This document shows positions 1 to 12,397 of a DNA stretch of 64,000 bases, piece after piece. Source of the DNA: Octopus sinensis (taxonomy: Eukaryota). The stretch's first letter is position 1; each line of letters starts with the position of its first letter. The DNA is taken from assembly GCF_006345805.1 (NCBI RefSeq), contig NC_042998.1, forward strand, positions 180,792,001 through 180,856,000, given 5' to 3'. The notes under the pieces were generated by a model that did no database searches, was not told where the DNA came from, and worked only from the letters and a program-made list of their open reading frames with translations. The translations under genes were made by a program, and so were the position numbers.

Positions 1-79
<79 letters not shown>

Positions 80-128
80 GGGATCATGATCATGATCATG
101 ATCATCATCATCATTATTATTATTATTA
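1..128. repeat. Compound (TAT)n/(CAT)n microsatellite
   Basis: Directly visible trinucleotide runs. Confidence 0.95.
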
Positions 129-730
129 TAAAAGTTTATATGCCAAGTTTTGATATTGACATATTATTACTCAGAAATAATAAAATTATGCATTATATAT
201 TAGATTGAATCAAATCAGTTATGAATTTCATTATATACTCCATGTCATGTTTTAAGAGGTTAACGTAATAGGAAGTAGATTTAAAGAAAATTATTGATAG
301 ATATGCAAACGAGTGTAAGTTTGTGTATTTCCGTATACAAAAAGCCTGGATGCTCGCGATTTCCTTCCCAATGTCAGAATTTGTTCAAATCTTCTTCTCT
401 GATGTAGTTTAGCATGCAAATGACGAAAATCATATTCCTTTTTTTTTTTGTAGAAATTGCTAACAACAAAGTTATAAACCTTTGAATGTGTGAAAATTTT
501 AACCAATCGAGAGCGTCCATCATCGACATACCGGAAATTGTAATTTCCATGTGTTAACGATAAGAAAATGAAAACATTATGAAGCCTTGAAAGAATTTTT
601 TTGCTTAAAAGGAATTTAATGAAAGAAAATTATGAATGTTACGAATATGAAAAAAATTAATGAATTACTATGAAAATGTTATACAACCTTTAAATATGGA
701 AGGGAGAGAGAAAAGGCAATGAAAATCTCT

Positions 731-803
<73 letters not shown>
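731..803. repeat. (GAAA)n microsatellite
   Basis: Perfect tetranucleotide run. Confidence 0.95.
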
Positions 804-804
<1 letters not shown>

Positions 805-904
805 TCAATAACAATGAATATGTATTATGCACGCTAATATTTTTTTCAAAACCGTTGCACTCTTCTTACCTTCGGCGCTGCATGAAGTCGCAGAGATGGT
901 AGAA

Positions 905-1290
905 TGATTAGTGCCACGACGAAGTTTATTTTCCCGCTCGAGACTGGGCCCTTCGTTTCCCATTTGTTGTGTGTGTGGCCAGTATCTCTTTATGTGGCAT
1001 AGACAATCTCAAGGTTGTGGTTCACCGTTCTATGAAGAAATTTGTAGCCCAGTATCTCTGATGTGTATGAGTATACTCGTCGCTGTATATAGTTGTTCCC
1101 GGGAGAACTGACTGTTCAGTGGGTTTTACGATTGTGACATGGTACAGTTTATAGGAATACCTCTAATGTTTTGAGACAGAACATCGAAACCCTAACAATT
1201 TTATGTTGTTATCATCCCCAGTTGAATTTTCTTCTCTAGAACAATGCTTCATTAGTTTCGTGACCACCCGTCTTTAAAAGTTTGCATATA
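905..1290 (-). mobile_element. Decayed Merlin (IS1016/IS1595-like DDE) transposase fragment
   Basis: Minus strand gives, in order and across frameshifts, EALF..KFNWG, PGTTIYSDEY (1073-1102), HRTVNHN (~1013-1033) and TGHTHN. These match the Merlin/ISXO2 motifs DE.F..K.N.G, PGTTI.SD.W..Y, H.TVNHS and TG.HTN. Confidence 0.65.
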
Positions 1291-1341
1291 CCTCGCAGAC
1301 GCTGTTGCTTTAATCGATAACTATATTTCTGTTTCAATTCT

Positions 1342-1726
1342 TATTTCTTTATTGCCCACAAGGGGCTAAACATAGAGGGAACAAACAAGGAAAGACAAAG
1401 GAATTAAGTCGATTACATCGACCCCAGTGCGTAACTGGTACTTAATTTATCGACCCCGAAAGGATGAAAGGCAAAGTCGACCTCGGCGGAATTTGAACTC
1501 AGAACGTAACCTTTTCTGCTATAGGCAGAAGGCCTGACGTTTTGGGGAAGGGGTAAGTCGATCACATCGACCCCAGTACTCAACTGGTATTTAATTTATC
1601 GACCTCGAAAGTATGAAAAGCAAAGTCGACCTCGGCGAAATTTGAACTCAGAACGTAACAGCAGACGAAATACCGCTAAGCATTTCGCCCGGCGTGCTAA
1701 CGTTTCTGCCAGCTCACCGCCTTAAT
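1342..1726 (-). mobile_element. tRNA-derived SINE family A, heterodimer (head-core-tail2 + core-tail1)
   Basis: Minus strand shows an A-box-like head GGTGAGCTGGCAGAAACGTTAG, B-box GAGTTCAAATT and core GACTTTGCCTTTCATCCTTTCGGGGTCGATAAATTAAGTACC. TSD tttcaattct at 1332-1341 and 1727-1736. Confidence 0.9.
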
Positions 1727-2034
1727 TTTCAATTCTGCCACACAGAATTGAATAATGGTCGTATCTCGACCCAGAAATATAGAAACAAAACCATATTTTA
1801 GAGGAAAAGAATGCCACCATCTTCAAACCATGTTATCTTTCTCACAGAGGAAATTTATGTATTTTCAGTAGCATCAATAGACGTTGCCATGAACTACTTG
1901 TATGTTTATGGCTTGTTTTGACATTCTTTACATCTTCACCGGCATCACTCATTTGACTTCAAAAAAATTACTGCATCATAATCCGCCTTCACATTATCAC
2001 ACATATTCCCAAAATTCATTCCTAAAAGGCTCTA

Positions 2035-2283
2035 CCCTCTTTTGCTCTTTTACTCTTTTACTTGTTTCAGTCATTTGACTGCGGCGATGCTGAAGCACCG
2101 CCTTTAGTCGAGCAAATCAACCCCAGGACTTATTCTTTGCAAGCCTAGTACTTATTCTATCGTTCTCTTTTGCCGAACCGCAAATTTACGGGGACGTAAA
2201 CACACCACCATCGGATTGTGAGGGACAAACAAAGACACACAAACATACACACACATACATACATACATACATACATACATACA

Positions 2284-2317
<34 letters not shown>

Positions 2318-2489
2318 CAAACATATATATATATATATATACATATATACGACGGGCTTCTTTCAGTTTCCGTCTACCATATCTATTCACAAGGCTTTTG
2401 ACGGTCTGAGGCTATAGTAGAAGATACTTGCTCAAGGTGCCACGCAGTAGGATTAACCTGGAACCTTGTGGTTGGTAAGCAACCTACTT
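2035..2489 (-). mobile_element. SINE family B, body and 3' part (head lies at 4192-4223)
   Basis: Matches the intact copy at 39970-40373; (GTAAAAGA)n-like tail and internal (TACA)n; breaks at 2489 and resumes at 4192. Confidence 0.88.
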
Positions 2490-4191
2490 TATTTAATTTT
2501 ATTTGCCATAAAATCAGTATACAGAGTAGCTGCGGGTTGGACAAGACATTAATGAGGCGAATGATAATAATACAAGATGATAAAGATGAGAGAAGACAGA
2601 AAGCGCCCGCTGACCCTCTGCTTTTCTAAAACATTGTTCCTTACAAAACACATAAGCTGAGGTCTTAACACTCTTACAATTTATAAAATACAATATTTGA
2701 ACTTAAAAAGTCCATACAAATCTATATATATAAAACTGTAGTTGTGTGAGTGTCTGTCCCCTTCGATTTAGATTCCTAACTACTCCCACATTTTGCGGTG
2801 CAGTTTAACCAAATTCGGGTATCTTATAGTCGTGATTCATATCGAGCCCGTCTGAGTATTAGCGCGCGTCTCCGATGAGTCTACGATTTTAAAAATAATT
2901 TAACATCATTTTTTATTCCATTTTAATGCATAATTTTTCGTGTGTCGATGGCGGCGGAGTTGGCGTCCATGGTCACACCTGCACCTGTTTGCTTCTCCCC
3001 CTTCTTCCCTCCCTCGTGAAGCTGTGGGGAAGGGAGTGTAAGGAAATCAACGTCGTAAAGCGTTGTCAAGGAGACCAGCGTTCTTTTAGAACAACGACTT
3101 CATGGCTTGAAGACACCAAAACAGAAATGGCTAAGAAAGCCCGAATTGGCATCTATAAGGGAAGTAACTCTCTAAAAATGCTTATATAGTTATTTCCCTT
3201 ACAAACCCGAGCAACGCCGGGCGATACTGCTAGTACAATATACAATTTGAAGCAACTAACCTCTACAACCCTTCCCCGAGCAGTTCTCTTGCGATCTGTA
3301 GGTTTTCCTGCAACTGCAATCCGGAGTCCCAAAAATGCATTCTATATTTCTCATTCTTACATGAGTTAATAATAAAATTGCAGTACTTTTTTTTTCTTGT
3401 ACCAGAGCAGCTACCTGCAGAAGCCACCCTGGACTGTCAATAAAAGTCGGGTCCATCAGAATCCGCCTATCCAACTCCGTTTCTACGAACTTGTCAATTG
3501 CCCCCCCCCCCAAGAGGTATAAGAACATATATTCTTCACCACTTTCACTGGGAGGGGCCTCAACTCCCTCGCTCTGTGGCACACATACCATAGACGAGGT
3601 TTCAATTTTACTCCCTCTGGTGGCACATATTCCACCAAAGGGTTTTCGGGGCATGCCGCAGTCGGCGATGCCCCGTTTTTCTTTCTTTTTTTTCTCTTTT
3701 TTCCTCTCTTCGTGGCGGGAGGGTGAGGTTCCTCCGGCTTGTCCGTAGTTCCCTCCTTCCCTCCTGCCGCCTCAGGATCCCTCAGTGGACAACCATTGTT
3801 GCCTACCTTCTTCTTTTCGTTCCTCTTGCTATCGAGGAAGCTGCCTCCTCCTCGACCTCCTTCCTCTCTTTCTCCAACAGATAATCAGGAGGCTCTGTTG
3901 GGGGAACAGGGGGATTATTCTCATCGTCTATTAACCGCCCCAGAGCTTTTGCTTGGTTCCTTGAGCAGTATCTCTTTATGTGGCCTGATTCCAGGTACAT
4001 GTGACACTTGGGTGGTGGGGGACGTCCTTCAACTATCACCGGGTACCTGGTACCGGCCAAAGTTTAAAAATCTGGTAGAACCAGATCATCGGCTGATTGG
4101 GTCCATAAGGTCGAAATTGCTTTTGACCCGACCAAATTAGCCGCCGGCAAAATTTTTACATTTAAGAGCCTGGCTGGGCCGCTACCCATTG
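2490..4191 (-). mobile_element. 5'-truncated L1/Tx1-like retroposon carrying only an ORF1 (gag-like) remnant
   Basis: 12-bp TSD agcaa(c/g)ctactt at 2478-2489 and 4192-4203; A-rich tail at ~2490-2503. Minus frame reads LPDF*TLAGTRYPVIVEGRPPPPKCHMYLESGHIKRYC, a degenerate CCHC knuckle in Tx1-type ORF1 context. No endonuclease or RT motif seen. Confidence 0.7.
2721..3233 (+). mobile_element. Non-autonomous Helitron-type element
   Basis: Starts TCTATATATATAAAA and ends with a GC-rich hairpin cccgagcaacgccggg (3206-3221) plus CTAG (3230-3233). Inserted between A and T with no TSD; the flanks rejoin as ccatacaaa|tacaatatac. Confidence 0.85.
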
Positions 4192-4223
4192 AGCAAGCTA
4201 CTTACCACACAGCCACTCCTGCT
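4192..4223 (-). mobile_element. Head of the interrupted SINE B copy
   Basis: agcaagctacttaccacacagccactcctgc matches the head of the intact copy at 40340-40367. Confidence 0.85.
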
Positions 4224-5047
4224 CATTTGTAAAATTTAAAAAATTAAAAAAACAGAAAATGGAATCACGACTTGCTGCACAGGTGCAAATACCAAGCAAA
4301 AGAAAAAAAGAATAAAAAAACAACAGGAAGTAGATAGCAGGGGATTACTGTTCGTGTTTTGCACTGAAAGCAAATAACAAATTGCCAGACGACTAGAGCG
4401 ACTTCCGGTATGTGGCTAAAATTTCAAGCATTCAAAAGTTTGTATCTTTTATTCAAAAATTTTATGCAGATGAATGTGATTTTCATCATTAGCATAAAAA
4501 CTTACATCTGTGTAAGTAATTTTTAGAAAAAATTCTGACCGTGCGAAGAAAACCATACATCCCCAAGAACTCCAATTTTGAAAAACAAGAGAGGAAGCTT
4601 AAAACAAGAAAAATGTATGCATACTATTTTAAAATAATGCACGCGCATTCAGTGTGTTTGTGTACGCGCGCGAGCCCGTGAGTGTCTGCGCGTGTGCATT
4701 TGTATGTGTATGTTCCTATGTATGCATGCTTAAATATATAGATTTATGTGTTCAAGTTTTACATTTTCAACCATGTAAAACGTGTAGACATAGCAAGTAT
4801 GTCTTGCTATGAGAGAGAAAGAGGAGAAAAGATAGAGACAGAAGCGGAGAAAGTGGGACAGAGAGACAGACAGACAGACAGAGGCGTAGACAGAGAATAA
4901 AAATGTCAGGATATTGTCGATATTCTACTTGACACCTTTGAGTTATGCTGTCATGTGACCACGCTCCTCTCATGTAACCACTTCTGAATCTTCACGTTTC
5001 ACTTACATTAAATAGTAAACATGTACTCCTCATGAATCTTAGGTTGA

Positions 5048-5307
5048 AAAATAAAAATAAATGCGCCCTTTTAAAGCCTAGCCAGGCTCATGGGCCCGGT
5101 TTCCCGGTTTCTATGGCGTATGTGTTCTCCAGCTGGACGGACGCCAGTCCATCGCAACATTACTCCTTTTTGCCAGCTGAGTGAACTGGAGCAACATGAA
5201 ATAAAGTGTTTTGCTCAAGAACACAACGCGTCGCTCGGTCCAGTAATCGAACCACAATCTTACGATCATGGTGCTGACACCCTAACCACTAAGCCACGCG
5301 CCTCCAC
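5048..5307 (-). mobile_element. tRNA-derived SINE family C, full length
   Basis: Minus strand shows A-box TGGCTTAGTGG, B-box GGTTCGATT, core GTGTTCTTGAGCAAAACACTT and an A/T-rich tail. Perfect 13-bp TSD aatcttaggttga at 5035-5047 and 5308-5320. Confidence 0.9.
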
Positions 5308-5879
5308 AATCTTAGGTTGACCTACTTTGAATTTAATCAACTTCTAGCATAAAACTACAAGCAGGTTTCTTTAAATGATCTTAACGTATTGAAAGTAGTG
5401 CCATCACTCTAAACATCATATTAATAAGCAATATATTTCGTAATATAATCCAGACATGAGCTGTATAATACGTGTTGGGATTCATTAAAAACGATCTTAA
5501 AACTTGGTGTGTGCTATTATAAATATGAGGATGTCTTTCTCCTATGCTGAGATCATATGAACAGACATGGAAGTGAGATGTAAGACGTTCACCTTATAAT
5601 TACGGGGTGCGGAGTTCGATCTCACTGAGCAACATGTTCGTCATGTTTGTATTTTTTTTTAAGAAAGATTTTGATTCCGTAGCTTCCACACACCCTACTA
5701 TATCCCAGATCATAAACGCAGTTAATGTTCCTCATGAACAGTTGCAAGTCAACTGCTGCAAAAAAAACAAACATGTTCAGCGATGAATCCCTGAGGGTTC
5801 CGAGAAGAAATTACTGTGCGTATGGGTTAGTCAAGGTCCTATGATCTTCGACACAATTTATCATTCTGTATATGTGAAT

Positions 5880-6720
5880 CTTAACCTTCGCCTTAGTTCC
5901 TACTGCGTAGTTGAACTGTAGATCGGGCAACAAAACATTTCCAATCACCCACTCTCCTGCATCTTCCTACATGATTCTAAGCTGCTTTAGGTTTTCTTCC
6001 TAGGTGGCGCGACATGTCTTCTTGGGCCCCTCCCCTTCTTCGTCCCTCTGATGTTACACATTGTACAAACTGTCTTGGGTATTTTCCTACCTGGAAGTCT
6101 AACTATTCTTTCCTCCACAATTCCCTGCTGCTGTGCAGATTGATTTTTCTCGGGACATCAGAGTTTCTAATTGTCCTTGTTTAGTGATCTTGAATGTTCT
6201 TCGTCGACACATTTAATGGAATTCATTCAAGTTCTGAGTGATCTGTGCAGTCATTTTCCAAGCTACACCCGCGTCAGTTGTGGTTCACAGAACAATACTC
6301 TGGTACATCAGTAACTTCATATGGTGTCTAATCTAAGTACTGGTTCAGATTTTGTTTATTTTCCTGAACACCGCCTCTGTACGCTCAGTTCTGTAGTTGA
6401 CATCTGCTTCAGTATCTTCCTTTCTATCAATAATGCGATATGCCTATGTGTGCATGTAAATACTCATTAATGACTGTATTTATTTGTGAAACATATCTTG
6501 CGTATCAATACGAGTGCCTATGATGATGCCTTTCGTTTCTAAATCTCCTCCTTTTTATCCAGCAGTTGTTCGTTCTATGATTTTCCAGCCTTCCGTTTGT
6601 GAGATTTCTTTTCCCTACGGCTAAAGGATATGATTGTGTGTAAGAGTAGGCTGTCATCTCTATCAGAGGTCTCTTCTCAACGGCTTTTCTATGGACACTT
6701 ATATATCGATGAGCACGTGA
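5880..6720 (-). mobile_element. Decayed RTE-clade LINE (RT remnants, internally deleted)
   Basis: Minus translation with stops: ..EADVNYRTERTEAVFRKINKI*..KLLMYQSIVL..AWKMT..LNEFH*MCRRRTFKI, resembling the RTE RT C-terminus; upstream ..FRNER remnant near 6530. Confidence 0.65.
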
Positions 6721-6904
6721 AATGAAGACAAAACACAGTTGAGTAAATACATCCATACATAGATATCTAAGTGTTTACATATTGCAGTTTGCAGATATTT
6801 GATTGAGAGTTTTGTCTACATTTTATGTCTACACAATATTCATACCGTTTGAAACTTAAGTTAAACGCTATTCATATTTTTTGTGTATTCACTTCATCTA
6901 CTTT

Positions 6905-6911
6905 ATAATAT

Positions 6912-6955
<44 letters not shown>

Positions 6956-7110
6956 ACACACACACACACACACATGTATATATACATATATTTATATATA
7001 TTTACACACACACACACATATATATATATTGTTGTATCTGGCGTTTGTCATATTTTTTGCCTAATATATGTATATATATAAACATATACACACATACATA
7101 CATGTATATT

Positions 7111-7142
<32 letters not shown>

Positions 7143-7190
7143 TGTATGTATGTATGTATGTATGTATGTATGTATGTATGTGTGTGTGTA
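6905..7190. repeat. (TA)n/(CA)n/(TATG)n microsatellite cluster
   Basis: Directly visible. Confidence 0.95.
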
Positions 7191-7667
7191 TCATGTTACT
7201 TTCTGTTTATATTTCACTATCGTCTTTTCTGAAACATTCTGACAAAAATAACAAAAAATTCCATCGTGTATGGTGACAGAGTGATGGATTTTATGAAAGA
7301 GCAGTGTCGATAAAATCTTCTTTGAGTATGTACACTGAAAAGATTATCTATCTAAATTCGAAAGAATCTAAACGAAAATAATTTTGTCTATAATAACATT
7401 ATGATATTTTTACTTATCGTTAGACAAATGAATGTGGTAGTGACAATGAAAAAAAAATGACATGTATATATTTTAGAATAAACAATATGTCGCTCCTCGC
7501 CACTACACTTAACAAGAAAGACAGTTAGTAACACAATAGCTATATATGATAAATGATATGTCAAGTATGAGACGAAAAACGAAATGAAATGCGTGGAATC
7601 TAACGCAGTAGCACACTACGATTCTAGTTCTCTCTCTTTTTATGCATATATATATATATATATATAT

Positions 7668-7905
7668 ATTCTTTTATTCTTTTATTTGTTTCAGTTATTT
7701 GACTGTGGCGATGCTGGAGCACCGCGTTAAATTGTTTTTTTAGTCGAATAATTCTACCCCAGGACTTATTTTTTGTGAGACTAGCACTTATTATATCACA
7801 CACTTTTACTCACTCGCTAAGTTACGGGGACATAAACACACCAACACCGATTGTCAAACACAGACGTGACTGGGAAGCAAGCTTCCTACCACACAGACAC
7901 GACTG
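7668..7905 (-). mobile_element. SINE B fragment with internal deletion
   Basis: tttcagttatttgactgtggcgatgctggagcaccgc..gctaagttacggggacataaacacacc matches family B. Confidence 0.75.
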
Positions 7906-7909
7906 CGTC

Positions 7910-7951
<42 letters not shown>

Positions 7952-8036
7952 CGCGTAATATATGTAGATACGTATAATGCATACATATATGCTAATATGT
8001 ATAACATCATAATCTGCATAATGTGCAGATATATAT

Positions 8037-8180
8037 GTATACGAAAAGTTCCTGGCTTTTAGAGTATTTCAAAAAGCTGGTTGCAAGCCCACCTTTCTGA
8101 GTTCTTTTTCAAGACTGAGAAAAACTCAAGGATCGCTACTATAAGTGTGTGAATTTCAGAGGGGAGTATAGATTGAAAGA
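8037..8180 (+). mobile_element. Mariner-derived non-autonomous fragment
   Basis: TA followed by a gaaaagttcctggcttt TIR-like start; aagtgtgtgaatttcagaggggagtat (KCVNFRGEY) resembles a mariner C-terminus. Confidence 0.4.
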
Positions 8181-8467
8181 TAAAAGAACATGCGTTCAGA
8201 GAAAGTTTTATACAGCTCCTACTCCAACACGAAAGCCATCCCTCGCAGGTCTCACCAAGCGCTTTTTCCAAGTTGTGATTGCCGAGAGACAGAGGCTGGT
8301 CCAATAGCAGCTTCTTGTTTCTTCTTTGTTTTTTTCCTCAAAGACCAGCTTTGTTTTATATTTGACGCTGAAAGACAGCACGCTATAGAACCTTGTCTGC
8401 TCGTCGTGTTTTCACAGTGTGAAAGTATATAGTAGTTTGAATTTATATTATATGCACGTGCGCGCAC

Positions 8468-8603
8468 ACATACATACATACATACATACATACATACATA
8501 CATACATACATACATACATGCATACATGCATACATACATACATACATACATACATACATACATACATACATACATACATACATACATACATACATACATA
8601 CAT
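8468..8603. repeat. (TACA)n microsatellite
   Basis: Directly visible. Confidence 0.95.
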
Positions 8604-9519
8604 AGATGTGTGTGTATGCCCACTCACTGAGTGTAATTTGTCTGTATCATCTGTATGTGCGAATCAGTTTAACGTTTCGCTGATGAATCGTGTCTGAAGT
8701 CACGGATCATTGACGCCCTCTGCTTGGTCATTCTTCAATGCCGATTGCCTCTTCTCTAAGACTCTTTATTCATTTGTGCACATTGATTTTATCAATTGAG
8801 TCATCTTTTTAAGCCACCTCTAGACTGCTGTTGATGTCAGGCACCCTGCATCCTTCTTTCGTCAACATCTTGTGATCCAGCAATTTTCTGCAATGAAGAA
8901 CAGGATGAGGAGTTACTATATTGGAAGAGTTATTCTATCAACAAGTGAAATCAGACCGACCTATGTCACATTAGAAAAAAATTTAACTCCGTTTTGATAT
9001 TATATCCAGTGTAAACCTCAGATTTTAATGATGTCACAAAAAGAGCTCTGTAGAAAGGGAATGAAAAATAGGGTCATAACTTTATGCATAGACACACAAG
9101 CATACATACGCACATACAAATACACACATAACACACAAATACACACAACACACAAATACATATATATATATAGAGAGAGAGAGAGTTAGAGAGAGAGTAT
9201 GAGAGAGGAAACAGAGAAAGATACAGCAGTTTATTGAAACTAAGTTGTTATCATTTCTATCTTCAGACAAGAACTGTTAAGATTTTTCGTAACATCTCTC
9301 ACCTGAAGATCACACTGGCAGAAAGCTTGAGTCGTGAGATTAAAAAAATGTTCTACAATATGTATTGAGCACTGATTTTCTATGTGATCTACATAATCCA
9401 CTGTTATACACACACTCATACGAGCACAAACACACGTATATACCTATATTTATATATATATATATGTGTGCGTGTGTGTGTATTTATGTATGTGTTTGTG
9501 CGTATAGACGCATATATAC

Positions 9520-9698
<179 letters not shown>

Positions 9699-10214
9699 AT
9701 ACCAGTTATTTTGAGAAGTAAATAAACCATTGTTGTTTCAGAATTTTGCAATAAAAATTCCTTGGCGTTGTCGTAAGTGGTTAGCCCCTGACACCAATGT
9801 TTAACAATGCATTGTACCATTGTTTGTATGACATAGAATTCCAGTGACCATAAAGATATATTCTTCTGTATTTATACGTTCCACATATGCGTTAGTGTAC
9901 AAATTTGTGTTTTTGTTGGCCCGCATATGCGTGAGTGTGCGTATGTTGGAATTGGTGTATGTATATGTGAAAAGAAGTATATATCTTTACACATATGCAT
10001 ATGCATATATGTTTATGTGTATATCTATCTACCTATCTATTTTTTAACCTATCTATTTATCTATCTATCTCTCTATTTATATGTATATATGTATGTACTA
10101 TGTATTTCTTTATTCGTGTATATATTCATACATATGTACAGACAAATTTATACATGGAAATATAAAGAGACAGACAGGTGAAATAATACACTAATTCATT
10201 GTTGATAGCGAGGT

Positions 10215-10365
<151 letters not shown>

Positions 10366-10507
10366 AGGTAGAAATATTTGTAGGTAGTGTAGGTAGATAA
10401 GTGGTGCTTGTTACCGGAAGCAAGCAGCTGGATGGGGGAGTAAATACCAGTTTACTTGGTCATCAACCTATTGCAATCTGTTTTCCACGGACTATTATTT
10501 GACTTCT

Positions 10508-10562
10508 AATAATAAAATAATAATAATATTTATTATTATCATTGTTGTTGTTGTTGTTGTTG

Positions 10563-10632
<70 letters not shown>

Positions 10633-11085
10633 TATTGAGTGAGAGAGCAGTGCATGCCATCAAAGAGACACTGGGGTAAAATATACAAAGCCCAGTACAC
10701 CCATCATGACTACCCGTCTGATAAGAGTACACTAGGCACAGGGTGATCTCATATCAAGATAAACAGTACATGACCTTGCAGGTGGGGTCCAGTTAGAATT
10801 TTCTTCTGGTCGAGTAACCCATCCCGCTCAAAAGGTCCTTGAATAAGGGTTGAACGAAACACCCATGTTTCCAAAGGTGAATTGTTCAAACCCCAAAGAA
10901 TCCCTCTCAACACATGGCCATGATGCTCCTCCACTACTTCTGCTCGTGATCAGAGAGGCACATATCGTCAGCCACTAAGGGACATGGTCAACTGATTAAG
11001 TTCAAATAACTGACGAGCAAATCTGTGGTACTGAGCAGAATATTTGCTGTAGCCCATCTTTTATACCAAGACAAAACAATGTGCA
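10508..11085 (-). mobile_element. Retroposon family D copy ending in an (AAT)n/(AAC)n tail
   Basis: 10633-10915 is the reverse complement of 16192-16515 apart from indels; the minus strand ends ..ctctctcactc(aat)n. Confidence 0.8.
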
Positions 11086-12127
11086 TGATTACCAGTTTTC
11101 ATAGATAATGAGGTTGAGGGGATAGAATGATGCCTTAATTTTACCTCGGCTTGTCTTGTCTATTCTACTTAATTACTTATGTAAACATCTCTAACCAGGA
11201 AATATCTTGCTGTTAAAGTAAAACACTTGCACCGTAATAGCCATCACCTCGGTAAACTGTTGCGTACAGCTAGAAGTCAGATTTTTATGTCAATTTTTCA
11301 ATTTTATTGATATTGTATAGCCTTGAATTAGTCCCCATAGGCTAGAACTATGATATAAATTTTTTTAAAGTCATGCCGGTAGATGGAAGTCCTCCTGAGT
11401 GTGACATTAAATTGTGTCCGGTTGTGGAACCTGGTTCGGGATTTCCAGGATTTTAACGAGAAAATAACTACCTCTTAGCCACTATTTTTCCCATATTTAT
11501 TTCTACTCAGATTAGAAATATCTATTAAGGTCCCAACTATGGGTTAATTTGCAAATTAGCAATTCACGGATCGTCTCCGGAAGAAGGTCGCTCACATAAT
11601 GGTAGATGAGAAGCTTCATCTCTTCAGCAGCTCCTGACCATTACAAGCTTGGAGGACGAGCGCGTGCGACAGGATCTTCACAAACCATGGATCCTTGCTG
11701 CCATGTATGGTAATTTACTGAGCATTTCAAAAGTCTAAGGGAGTAATCCCCTACAAAAAATCTGGAAGGGTCCCTAAAGCAGATATGTACTAATATAGTT
11801 AACCAATATCCAGCGTCCCCTACGGTTCGTTGGATATTGCGCACGTACTAGCTTCTTTTACCCACCTAGAGGATCCAGATGTTGAGAAGTGGTAAGTGTA
11901 CTTGAGGTTAAGCACTTGCAACTGGAAACAACCCAGGCGCAGCAGATCTGGTTGAATTACTGTCTACTTAATATCATCAGCCATCGACGAAGGCCAACCA
12001 TATATCTTCAACAATGGGTCAAGTTATTGCTGGTTATACACCTTCATCAAAGGGTAAAAAATATTTATGGCTAGATGCCGTCAACAAAGAATTGCTGGAT
12101 AAATATCTTTAACTAAGGTTCAAAATA

Positions 12128-12276
12128 TTTATTTCTTTATTGCCCACAGGGAGCTAAACATAGAGGGAACAAACAAGGACAGACAAATGTGTTAAATCGA
12201 TTACATCGACACCAGTGCGTAACTGGTACTTATTTAATCGACCCCGAAAGGATGAAAAGCAAAGTCGACCTCGACG
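12128..12276 (-). mobile_element. SINE A, 5'-truncated (core + tail1)
   Basis: tttctttattgcccacagggagctaaac..aaagtcgacctcg. Confidence 0.85.
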
Positions 12277-12351
12277 GAGGCTACATGCCTTCAGTAAAGG
12301 ACCAAAATATTGTTGGTTTTAAAACTTCATTTATTACCCTTGGAAAATCAA

Positions 12352-12397
<46 letters not shown>

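Noticed and set aside
8660-8720. Minus-strand cagcGAAACGTT as a hammerhead half
   Set aside because: No convincing CUGANGA box with a pairing stem II
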